In this document: one piece after another, positions 1 through 7,543 of the stretch
Layout of the letters: the number at the start of each line of letters is the position of its first letter
Numbering within the stretch: the stretch's first letter is position 1
Source of the DNA: an uncultured Rhodoluna sp.
Lineage (GTDB): Bacteria; Actinomycetota; Actinomycetes; Actinomycetales; Microbacteriaceae
NCBI GenBank assembly: GCA_937898095.1
Contig: CALDKR010000196.1
Coordinates: 1-33,158 of the forward strand
Length of the DNA stretch: 33,158 nucleotides
Reading direction: 5' to 3'
Translations under genes and position numbers: made by a program
Notes under the pieces: generated by a model
Told to the model about the DNA's origin: nothing
The model's database searches: none
What the model saw: the letters and a program-made list of their open reading frames with translations, nothing else

Positions 1-113
1 TTATGGGCTGGGTTGGCGCAATTGGTGCGCTGCTAATTATTGGCAGCTGCTACTTCGGTCTGGGGATCGAGACTAAGTGGCGCCAGCGCCAAATGGCTAC
101 GATTCTGAACTAA
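1..113 (+). CDS. 3' end of a membrane protein truncated by the window edge (possibly DMT/EamA-type transporter)
   Basis: The frame starting at nt 3 reads MGWVGAIGALLIIGSCYFGLGIETKWRQRQMATILN* (TAA at 111-113): a hydrophobic helix followed by a basic tail. The family guess rests only on the 'GALLII' last-helix pattern. Confidence 0.5.
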   Translation, partial: MGWVGAIGALLIIGSCYFGLGIETKWRQRQMATILN

Positions 114-141
114 ACCAGCGAGCCAGAAACCTTTAAAACCG

Positions 142-1434
142 CTAAAAGGTCGGGCTGCTCAGCGGAGCAGATGACAGACGTTCTTGGGTGTACCACTGCT
201 GGTTATAAGCCGTTGTCGACGCCATCAGATCTAGATAAGCGGTTGAGTCAAATGCTTCGGCGCCAAGGACACCAGCGCCTCGCCAGATTCCGTTGGCAAT
301 CAGCTCAAGTGCGATAACTGGGCCCATGGCGGCTTGAACAACCACACACTGAGCTTCGTATTCGGCCATGGTCTCGTTGTTGTCGACCACGTTGTAAAGA
401 TAGGTTGCGCGCGACGAACCGTTTTTGTCGCGGCCAGTGACCAAAACGCCCGAGCAAATCTTGCCGGTCATTTGTGGGCCAAGTTTGGCTGGGTCTGGCA
501 GAACAGCCGCAACCATGTCACGTGGCGCAACGTCTACTGGGCCCTGAGCCGAGCGCACACGCACCTGACGTGTGCGGTCAAGACCGAGAGTGTTGAGCAT
601 TTTTAGAACGTTGATGAATTCAGCTCCGAGGCCATATTTGAACGAAACTTTTTGGGTCGAAATCGAACGAGGCAGCATGTTTACCTCTTCGTGCTCGACA
701 TTCACACACTCAACAGCACCGATGCCCTCTGGAAACTCAAAAATCTCAGGCTCACTAAACGGCACTGTGGTGCGCCAGCCTTTGTCGCGCTCATAAACCA
801 ACGGTGGGTTTAGGCACTCTTCGATGGTCGCCCAAATCGAAGACGCCGGCGCAAAAATTGGCTCGCCTTCTTCGTCGCGAATCACTAGGTTGTCGCCCTG
901 GCGAACTGCAATTTCGTCGATCTCACTGAACAAGAAATCGGCAGCGTGACGGGCCAAAACATTCGAGAGCCCCGGCTGCGCACCCATGCCCACTAGCGCC
1001 AATCGGCCGGCGCGCTCCCACTGGTCGTTCACGGCAAACTGCGCGTCGCCAATCTTGATTCCGGGGCGGTGATAGGGGTCGGTTTCATTTGGTTCTGACA
1101 GGCTCATTGCCATGTCGATATAGTGACAACCAGCTGTGAAGGCCGCTGAAAAAATTGTTGGCAAGAACTTTGGCTCAACAGCGTTGATGATGTGCGTGAT
1201 GTTGTGAATCTTGGCTAGCTCAACCACATTCGAGGCGCTGCTGGCATCGATTTTGGCGGCTAAAAATTTGGCGGCTAGCTCTGGCCCAAAACGCTCTGAG
1301 ATCCACTCGATGGTTTTTTCAACACGGATGAAATCAAAATCAGCGATGACCATGATCTCGAAAAACTCACGGCGAGCTGCGATTTTTGCAATCGCATCGC
1401 CGACACCGCCGGCGCCAATTAGCAAAATTCTCAT
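142..1434 (-). CDS. Saccharopine dehydrogenase-family NAD(P)-dependent oxidoreductase (carboxy(nor)spermidine dehydrogenase-like)
   Basis: 430 aa with an N-terminal Rossmann motif (ILLIGAGGVG) and the family-typical segments HYIDMA, GMGAQPG, TIEECLNP and VEHEEV. Confidence 0.85.
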   Translation of the reverse strand: MRILLIGAGGVGDAIAKIAARREFFEIMVIADFDFIRVEKTIEWISERFGPELAAKFLAAKIDASSASNVVELAKIHNITHIINAVEPKFLPTIFSAAFTAGCHYIDMAMSLSEPNETDPYHRPGIKIGDAQFAVNDQWERAGRLALVGMGAQPGLSNVLARHAADFLFSEIDEIAVRQGDNLVIRDEEGEPIFAPASSIWATIEECLNPPLVYERDKGWRTTVPFSEPEIFEFPEGIGAVECVNVEHEEVNMLPRSISTQKVSFKYGLGAEFINVLKMLNTLGLDRTRQVRVRSAQGPVDVAPRDMVAAVLPDPAKLGPQMTGKICSGVLVTGRDKNGSSRATYLYNVVDNNETMAEYEAQCVVVQAAMGPVIALELIANGIWRGAGVLGAEAFDSTAYLDLMASTTAYNQQWYTQERLSSAPLSSPTF

Positions 1435-1440
1435 CCGCTT

Positions 1441-1446
1441 ATTTTA
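1441..1446 (-). promoter_or_regulatory. Putative -10 element (TAAAAT) of a leaderless transcript
   Basis: The minus strand reads TAAAAT-AAGCGG-ATG: a TANNNT hexamer 6 nt upstream of the start at 1434, with no clear SD. Confidence 0.5.
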
Positions 1447-1454
1447 CTTCTGGG

Positions 1455-2045
1455 TTAGCGAACACGGAGGTCGGCAGTCGGGTCAAGAACCCAATCGATT
1501 ACGCCCTGCCAGCGACCCCAACCTTCGGCCAAAGTGATGTGCCCGGCACCTTCAATAATCACTGCCTCGAGACCGAGTGGGTCGCCAAAAGTTTCTTGCA
1601 CTCCCCTAGGCGCCCAGGGGTCTTTGTCGCTGCCCACTACGGTCAAAGACTTGGTTGAGGCCAAAACTGCTTTGGCAACCTCAGCATCGCTGAGGTCAAC
1701 ATTCATACCAGGCACCTCGTCAAGCAACTTTGGGTCTGCTGGCGCGACAAGCAGCACTCGATCAACCGGGGCGGCAATTTTTCCGGTTGCAGCAGCCTGA
1801 ATCCAGTTGATGCAACCCAGTGAGTGGCCGATAAAAATTGTTTCGCCGGGTCCTGCCTCGTGAAGGTGCTCAAGCTCTTCGGTGAGCAACTCTTGCCACT
1901 CTTCGAGCACAGGGTTGTCAGTGTTCGGAAACTGCGGATAAATCACAACGTGCCCAGCGGCACGCAACTCGGCCGCTAAATGCCTTGCCCACATGCCCTT
2001 TGGGCGGCGGTTAGTCCATCCGTGATTAATCAACACGCGAGCCAT
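1455..2045 (-). CDS. RBBP9/YdeN-family alpha/beta hydrolase
   Basis: 196 aa with an N-terminal HG, nucleophile elbow GHSLG, LLVAP, SDKDPW (catalytic Asp) and GAGHI (catalytic His). Confidence 0.88.
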   Translation of the reverse strand: MARVLINHGWTNRRPKGMWARHLAAELRAAGHVVIYPQFPNTDNPVLEEWQELLTEELEHLHEAGPGETIFIGHSLGCINWIQAAATGKIAAPVDRVLLVAPADPKLLDEVPGMNVDLSDAEVAKAVLASTKSLTVVGSDKDPWAPRGVQETFGDPLGLEAVIIEGAGHITLAEGWGRWQGVIDWVLDPTADLRVR

Positions 2046-2054
2046 GAAAACCCC

Positions 2055-3302
2055 TTAGTTTTTTGAGATTGCGGCCATTGATTTTGGCTTTGAAATAAAC
2101 ATCACACTCGCCAGGCCAGCTAGATAAAGCACGCTCATTAGCACGCCGGCATCAAAACTGCTGTCGGTGCGAAGTTGGTTATAGAGCACGGTGGCGATCG
2201 CAGGCATTATGAAGTTCATCATGCCCAGCAGTGATGCTGCGGTGCCTGCTTCTTCTCCGTGTTTGTTTAGCGCCAGGCCGTTGAGCGGCGTGATGGTGGC
2301 GCCAAACGAGAACATATAGAGACCGAATCCGATCTCAATCAGGATGAACGGTGCGTGCGTGATGCCGGCAAAAATAAGTGTCGCGGTAGCCACTAAGACC
2401 ATTCCGATTGAAGCGATAAGCGCCCACTGCGGAGCAATTTTGCGGGCTACGAACGCACCAACCTGAACGCCAGCCCATGAGGCAATTGAGTTGAAAGTCA
2501 TGAAGAGACCGAAATTCATAGCTGAAATGCCATAGGCCCCCTGGGTGATGAAAGTGAAGGTGTTTAGGTAGGTAAACAGCGCGGTGTGTTGCAGCAGCGA
2601 CATAAGCAAAAGGCCGACATAGATGCGGTCGCGAAGCACGGCCCTGAATCGACCTGCCATGCCGTCGAAGACATTCTCGCGGCGATCGTCAGTGTGCAGC
2701 GTTTCAATCAGCATCAAATAAAGGCCGATGAGCAGCAGCAGGCCGAACAGGCCAAAGGTCAAAATTACGTCTTTCCAGCCCATGAATGCCAGCAGTTGCG
2801 AACCAGCGAACGGGCCAATCACCGGGGTTAGGCCCTGAATCAAGAACACCCGACCCATAAAGTTGATCAGCGATTGACCGGCATACAGGTCGCGCATAAC
2901 CGCAAAACCGATAACGCTGGCACCAGATGCGCCGATGCCGACAAGCACGCGCAGCGCCAAAAAGGTTTCAAAGTTAGGTGCTAGATAGCAGCCAATTTCG
3001 GCGAGTGCAAAAACCGCAACCGATATGAGCATCGGGCGTCTGCGCCCGAGAGAGTCACTGAGTGGGCCGACAAACAACTGACCCAAAGCTAGGCCGATTG
3101 AAAGACCGGTGAGGGTCCACTGAACGACGGCATTGTCGACGTTATAGAACTCACCGATTCGCGGAAAAGACGGCAAAACGGGGTCGATTGAAAACGGGAT
3201 TAACCCCATTGCCAAGCCGAGCAACACGATGTAGCCGATGCGTTGGCTGCGACTGAGTTCGTCACCCGAGCGAATGACGCGATGCTTGATGCTGATTTTC
3301 AA
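2055..3302 (-). CDS. Bcr/CflA-family MFS drug efflux transporter
   Basis: 415 aa with about 12 hydrophobic segments, MFS motif A (GPLSDSLGRRRP), D..LP in TM1, RDLY and AGTAAS. TTG start lies 1 nt after the metB stop. Confidence 0.88.
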   Translation of the reverse strand: MKISIKHRVIRSGDELSRSQRIGYIVLLGLAMGLIPFSIDPVLPSFPRIGEFYNVDNAVVQWTLTGLSIGLALGQLFVGPLSDSLGRRRPMLISVAVFALAEIGCYLAPNFETFLALRVLVGIGASGASVIGFAVMRDLYAGQSLINFMGRVFLIQGLTPVIGPFAGSQLLAFMGWKDVILTFGLFGLLLLIGLYLMLIETLHTDDRRENVFDGMAGRFRAVLRDRIYVGLLLMSLLQHTALFTYLNTFTFITQGAYGISAMNFGLFMTFNSIASWAGVQVGAFVARKIAPQWALIASIGMVLVATATLIFAGITHAPFILIEIGFGLYMFSFGATITPLNGLALNKHGEEAGTAASLLGMMNFIMPAIATVLYNQLRTDSSFDAGVLMSVLYLAGLASVMFISKPKSMAAISKN

Positions 3303-3303
3303 C

Positions 3304-4443
3304 TTAGGCCAAGGCCTGCTTTAGATCAGCCAAAATGTCATCGATGTGTTCGATGCCAACTGAGAGTCGCACGATGTCTTGGTCAACTTCAATCGGAGTG
3401 CCGTTTGCCGATGCGTGAGTCATTTCATATGGGTAGTTGACCAGCGACTCGACCCCGCCAAGGCTCTCAGCCAAAGTGAAAAGGTGAGTGCTCTCGCAAA
3501 AACGCTTTGCCGCAGCTGGACCACCGGCCAAACGAAGGCTAACCACGCCGGCAAAACCGCTCATCTGGCGCTTTGCAACGTCGTGCTGCGGGTGGGTTGG
3601 CAAACCCGGATAAAAGACCTCAGCCACTGCCCCGTGCTGGCTCAAGAACTCAGCAACCGCCTGGCCGTTGGCGTTGTGGCGATCCATGCGAACCGCCAAA
3701 GTCTTTAGCGAGCGGTGGGTCAGCCACGAATCGAACGGGCTTGAAACCGCACCGACCGCAAACTGCACAAACTGAATCTTTTCGGCAAGCTCACCATCGT
3801 TGAGAATCACCGCGCCACCAAGCACATCGCTGTGGCCACCGAGATATTTGGTGGTTGAGTGCACAACCACGTCGGCACCAAGCTCTAGAGGGCGCTGAAA
3901 ATAAGGGGTCGCAAAAGTGTTGTCGACGACTACCAAGAGACCGAGTTCGTGAGCCACGGCTGAAATCGCGGTGATGTCGAAAACGGTCATCATTGGGTTC
4001 GACGGGGTCTCGATCCAGATGAGCTTGGTCTTGCCGGGCTTGAAGGCCGCGCGAATCGCATCGAGGCTCAGCAGATCAGCAACATCAAATTCGATGCCGG
4101 CTTCGCGGTGAACTCGGTTGAAGAGTCGATAGGTGCCGCCATACAGGTCATCGGCCAAAATAGCGTGGTCGCCCGCCTTGAGTGCAGCGCGAATGATTGC
4201 GTCTTCGGCCGCAAGCCCTGATGCAAAGCTGAAGGCAAAGTGCCCGCCCTCGAGGCTGGCCAGCGCTTTTTCGAGCGCCGAACGAGTTGGGTTGCCGGCG
4301 CGGTTGTATTCATAGCCACCGATGTGGTCACCGATGGCGCGCTGGCGGTGAGTTGAACTCATGAAAATTGGTGGAATAACAGAACCGGTTAGGCCATCTG
4401 GCTCTTGGGCAACGTGAATTGCGCGGGTCTCAAAATTGGTCAT
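3304..4443 (-). CDS. metB: Cystathionine gamma-synthase/gamma-lyase (Cys/Met metabolism PLP enzyme)
   Basis: Motifs [43 protein letters not shown] (PLP lysine), [10 protein letters not shown] and RLSVGIE. SD-like AAGAGG lies 5 nt before the ATG. Confidence 0.92.
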   Translation of the reverse strand: MTNFETRAIHVAQEPDGLTGSVIPPIFMSSTHRQRAIGDHIGGYEYNRAGNPTRSALEKALASLEGGHFAFSFASGLAAEDAIIRAALKAGDHAILADDLYGGTYRLFNRVHREAGIEFDVADLLSLDAIRAAFKPGKTKLIWIETPSNPMMTVFDITAISAVAHELGLLVVVDNTFATPYFQRPLELGADVVVHSTTKYLGGHSDVLGGAVILNDGELAEKIQFVQFAVGAVSSPFDSWLTHRSLKTLAVRMDRHNANGQAVAEFLSQHGAVAEVFYPGLPTHPQHDVAKRQMSGFAGVVSLRLAGGPAAAKRFCESTHLFTLAESLGGVESLVNYPYEMTHASANGTPIEVDQDIVRLSVGIEHIDDILADLKQALA

Positions 4444-4481
4444 TTTTGCCTCTTCTTTGATGCTTTCTAAATCAAAACTTG

Positions 4482-5858
4482 TTATTTGTTCATGTAGTTG
4501 AGAACGTCGAAACGAGTCACCACGCCGACCGGCTCGCCGTCTTGAAGCACCAACAGCGCCTCTTCAGTCTCGAGCAAGGCACGCGCCGCCTCAATTGACT
4601 CGCCAATTCCGACCACGCCGGGCTTCTTGCCGATGTGCTTGGCGATTGGGTCGCTTAGCTTTAGCTCGCCAGTGAAAACTCGGTCGACCAGATCTTTCTC
4701 TTGAATCGAACCGGTGACTTGGCCGATTCGAACCGGCGGCTCCGCCAGCAGAACAGGAAGCATCGAGACGTCGAATTCTTTGCAAATGTCGAGTGCATCT
4801 TTGACCGTGTTGTCTGGGTGCACGTGAATCAGCTCAGGCAGTTGCCCGTCTTTGCGGTGAAGCAGCTGCTCGACCTTTTCGCCACTGCCGGCCTCCATAA
4901 AGCCATAGGAGCGCATCCATTTGTCGTTGAAAACTTTGGCAAGGTAGCCACGGCCGCCATCAGGCAGAATCACGACAACCACAGCATCGGCCGGCAGTTC
5001 TTTTGCGACTTCGAGAGCCGCAACGACCGCCATGCCGCAGCTTGGGCCGACCAACAAACCCTCTTCGCGAGCGAGACGGCGAGTCATTTCAAATGACTCA
5101 CGGTCGGGCACGCCGATAATGCGGTCGACAACTGTTTCGTCATAGGCCTCTGGCAAAAAGTCGTCGCCGCGACCAACACCTTCAACTAGGTATGGTCGGC
5201 CGACGCCGTTGCCGTTCGAATAAATAGAGCCGGCTGGGTCACAACCGATTACTTGAACTTCGCGATTGCTTATCTCTTTTAGATAGCGGCCGGTTCCGCT
5301 GATAGTGCCGCCGGTGCCGATGCCGATGACAACGTGGGTTACCTTTTGATCGGTGTCATTCCAAATTTCTGGGCCAGTTGCCTCATAGTGCGATAGCGGT
5401 CCGTTTTGGTTTGAATATTGGTCTGGCTTCCAGGCTCCTGGAATCTCGCGAGCCAGGCGATCGCTAACTGAGTAATAGCTCTCAGGGTCTTCGTGAGCCA
5501 CAGCGGTGGGAGTGACGACAATTTCGGCGCCATAGGCAATCAGAGTGTTGCGCTTGTCTTCGGCGACTTTGTCAGGAAGAACGAAAATGCACTTGTATCC
5601 GCGTTGCTGAGCTACTAGAGCTAGGCCGATGCCGGTGTTTCCAGAAGTTGGTTCAACGATTGTGCCTCCGGGCTTTAGCAATCCTTTGCGCTCAGCTTCA
5701 TCAACCATCTTGGCTGCGATGCGGTCTTTGATTGATCCGCCCGGGTTGAAATACTCAACTTTTGCCAAGACTGTACAGGCGATTCCTTCGGTAACTTTGT
5801 TGAGTTTGACCAGTGGAGTCTGCCCGATTAGCTGGGTGATGTTGTCGTAGTATTTCAC
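4482..5858 (-). CDS. cbs: Cystathionine beta-synthase with C-terminal CBS domains
   Basis: Motifs KVEYFNPGGSIKDR (PLP lysine), EPTSGNTG, GIGTGGT and PDGGRGY, plus a C-terminal CBS pair ending GVVTRFD. Paired with metB as in the actinobacterial reverse transsulfuration locus. Confidence 0.93.
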   Translation of the reverse strand: MKYYDNITQLIGQTPLVKLNKVTEGIACTVLAKVEYFNPGGSIKDRIAAKMVDEAERKGLLKPGGTIVEPTSGNTGIGLALVAQQRGYKCIFVLPDKVAEDKRNTLIAYGAEIVVTPTAVAHEDPESYYSVSDRLAREIPGAWKPDQYSNQNGPLSHYEATGPEIWNDTDQKVTHVVIGIGTGGTISGTGRYLKEISNREVQVIGCDPAGSIYSNGNGVGRPYLVEGVGRGDDFLPEAYDETVVDRIIGVPDRESFEMTRRLAREEGLLVGPSCGMAVVAALEVAKELPADAVVVVILPDGGRGYLAKVFNDKWMRSYGFMEAGSGEKVEQLLHRKDGQLPELIHVHPDNTVKDALDICKEFDVSMLPVLLAEPPVRIGQVTGSIQEKDLVDRVFTGELKLSDPIAKHIGKKPGVVGIGESIEAARALLETEEALLVLQDGEPVGVVTRFDVLNYMNK

Positions 5859-5864
5859 CCCACA

Positions 5865-5870
5865 AGCCTA
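5865..5870 (-). promoter_or_regulatory. Putative -10 element (TAGGCT) for a leaderless cbs transcript
   Basis: The minus strand reads TAGGCT-TGTGGG-GTG: TANNNT 6 nt before the start codon at 5858. Confidence 0.6.
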
Positions 5871-5905
5871 AGCAACTATGGCAAAACCGCCTAACCCGCG
5901 GGCGG

Positions 5906-5911
5906 TAGTCT
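5906..5911 (+). promoter_or_regulatory. Putative -10 element (TAGTCT) for a leaderless mntH transcript
   Basis: The plus strand reads TAGTCT-TATGGC-ATG: TANNNT 6 nt before the ATG at 5918, with no SD. Confidence 0.6.
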
Positions 5912-5917
5912 TATGGC

Positions 5918-7135
5918 ATGTCAGCCAAAAAAATCACAACAATCAGCCTTCTGGGGCCGGCTGTTGTGGCGGGTGTGGCCTATCTTGACCCTGGCAACGT
6001 GGCCACTAATCAGACCGCAGGCTCGACTTATGGGTTTTTGCTGGTTTGGGTGATTGTCGCGGCGAACCTGGCTGCTGCTTTGGTTCAATTTTTGTCAGCA
6101 AAGCTCGGCGTGGTGACTGGCCAGAGTCTGCCTGCGGTGCTCGGCGGTCGATTCAAATCTCGCAGTGGTCGCCTGGCGTTTTGGGCTCAAGCAGAGCTAG
6201 TTGCGATGGCCACCGACCTTGCCGAAATCATTGGTGGCGCGCTTGCCCTGTATCTTCTTTTTGACCTGCCACTTTTTATAGGTGGGCTAATTACAAGTTT
6301 TGTTTCAATCCTGATGCTGCAGTTTGGCGCAAAGCGCGGTGCCTTTAGCTATCAGAACATCATCATTTCTCTCGTTGCGATTACGGCAATAGGTTTTGTG
6401 GCCGGGCTATTTGTAAACCCTCCGCGAATTACCGACGTGCTCGCAGGCATGGTGCCTCGAGTGGTCGACCAGGGATCAATTCTTTTGGTGGTCGGCATAT
6501 TTGGCGCGACGATTATGCCGCACGCAATTTATGCCCACTCTGCGCTGGTGCGCGATCGATTTGGCAGCGAATTGACCGACGGTCACAAAACTCGAATTTT
6601 GCAGGGAATGCGTTGGGACGTAGCGATTGCGATGTCAATTGCCGGCTTTGTGAACCTGGCCATTCTTCTGGTGGGAGCAGCGAACCTCTTTGGCGTTGAG
6701 GGCACTGAATCAATTGAGGGGGCTCACGGTGCGATTTCTGCGAGCCTCGGCGGTGCCATCGCGGCAATCTTTGCGATAGGCCTGCTCGCTTCTGGACTAG
6801 CTTCGACCTCAATAGGTGCCTATGCCGGGTCTGTAATCATGAGTGGGCTGCTAAAAGCCAAGTTGCCGATGTTGCTGCGACGAGTTGTTTCTTTGATTCC
6901 GGCTCTGATTATTCTGGCGATTACAAGCGACGCGACCTGGGCCCTGGTGCTCAGTCAGGTCATGCTCTCGTTCGGCATACCCTTCGCCCTGTTCCCGCTC
7001 ATTAGGCTGACCTCACTCGGCGAGGTGATGGGCGATTTCAAGAGCAAAAACTGGGTCGGCACACTTGGCTATTTAATCGCCACCGTAATTACTGCTCTAA
7101 ATCTGACTTTGCTTTGGCTGACTTTTTTCGCCTAA
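5918..7135 (+). CDS. mntH: Nramp-family divalent metal (Mn2+/Fe2+) transporter
   Basis: AYLDPGN metal-binding motif in TM1, ATDLAEIIG, GATIMPHAIYAHS in TM6, LSQVMLSFGIPFAL; about 11 TM segments. Confidence 0.95.
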   Translation: MSAKKITTISLLGPAVVAGVAYLDPGNVATNQTAGSTYGFLLVWVIVAANLAAALVQFLSAKLGVVTGQSLPAVLGGRFKSRSGRLAFWAQAELVAMATDLAEIIGGALALYLLFDLPLFIGGLITSFVSILMLQFGAKRGAFSYQNIIISLVAITAIGFVAGLFVNPPRITDVLAGMVPRVVDQGSILLVVGIFGATIMPHAIYAHSALVRDRFGSELTDGHKTRILQGMRWDVAIAMSIAGFVNLAILLVGAANLFGVEGTESIEGAHGAISASLGGAIAAIFAIGLLASGLASTSIGAYAGSVIMSGLLKAKLPMLLRRVVSLIPALIILAITSDATWALVLSQVMLSFGIPFALFPLIRLTSLGEVMGDFKSKNWVGTLGYLIATVITALNLTLLWLTFFA

Positions 7136-7541
7136 TCACAATCCAGGCACCGCCAGCGGCAATCAAAATCACGAGCGTCGAGCTCAACATCAATCCACTT
7201 ATGTCACCTAACTCGCCGGGCGATATCCAGGTTCCAGGGCGGTTAGGCGGAGGTGCATTGTCAATGCCGGTTGTCGCGGCTGGATCGCCGTCGCTGAAAT
7301 TTTCGATGCCGTCGCCATCAATGTCTGAGTCTTGACCGTTGACCACGCCGTCGCCATCGATGTCTGGGTCTTCGTTGTTGATGATGCCATCGCTGTCGGT
7401 GTCGATTTCTTGACTCGCGACCGGGTCATCGTCGCTTGCCGCTTGAGCTGGTGCGGTGGCAAGAGCGCCGGCGAGCAGAGTCGCCACAAAAGACAGCGCC
7501 AAAACAATTGCGATAATTCGCATGTATTTCTTAGGCAGCAT
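7089..7541 (-). CDS. Secreted, C-terminally membrane-anchored protein with thrombospondin type-3-like Ca-binding repeats (150 aa)
   Basis: Start re-assigned to the ATG at 7541, directly after the giant gene stop (TAG TAATG). It gives a Sec-type signal peptide (MLPKKYMRIIAIVLALSFVATLLAGALATAPAQA), three 13-residue DxDxDG repeats, a Pro-rich linker, a TM helix and an RRKK tail. Confidence 0.8.
   Translation of the reverse strand: MLPKKYMRIIAIVLALSFVATLLAGALATAPAQAASDDDPVASQEIDTDSDGIINNEDPDIDGDGVVNGQDSDIDGDGIENFSDGDPAATTGIDNAPPPNRPGTWISPGELGDISGLMLSSTLVILIAAGGAWIVIRRKKSAKAKSDLEQ
7281..7403 (-). repeat. Three 13-aa DxDxDG (TSP3-like) repeats
   Basis: DTDSDGIINNEDP / DIDGDGVVNGQDS / DIDGDGIENFSDG. 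Confidence 0.85.
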
Positions 7542-7543
7542 TA

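Noticed and set aside
114-141. Possible terminator between the convergent genes
   Set aside because: No convincing stem-loop with a U tract is present in the 28-bp gap.
5864-5897. GCCTAA/GCCTAACC resembling DtxR/IdeR half-sites upstream of mntH
   Set aside because: There is no full 19-bp palindrome, and one copy is simply the cbs -10 element.
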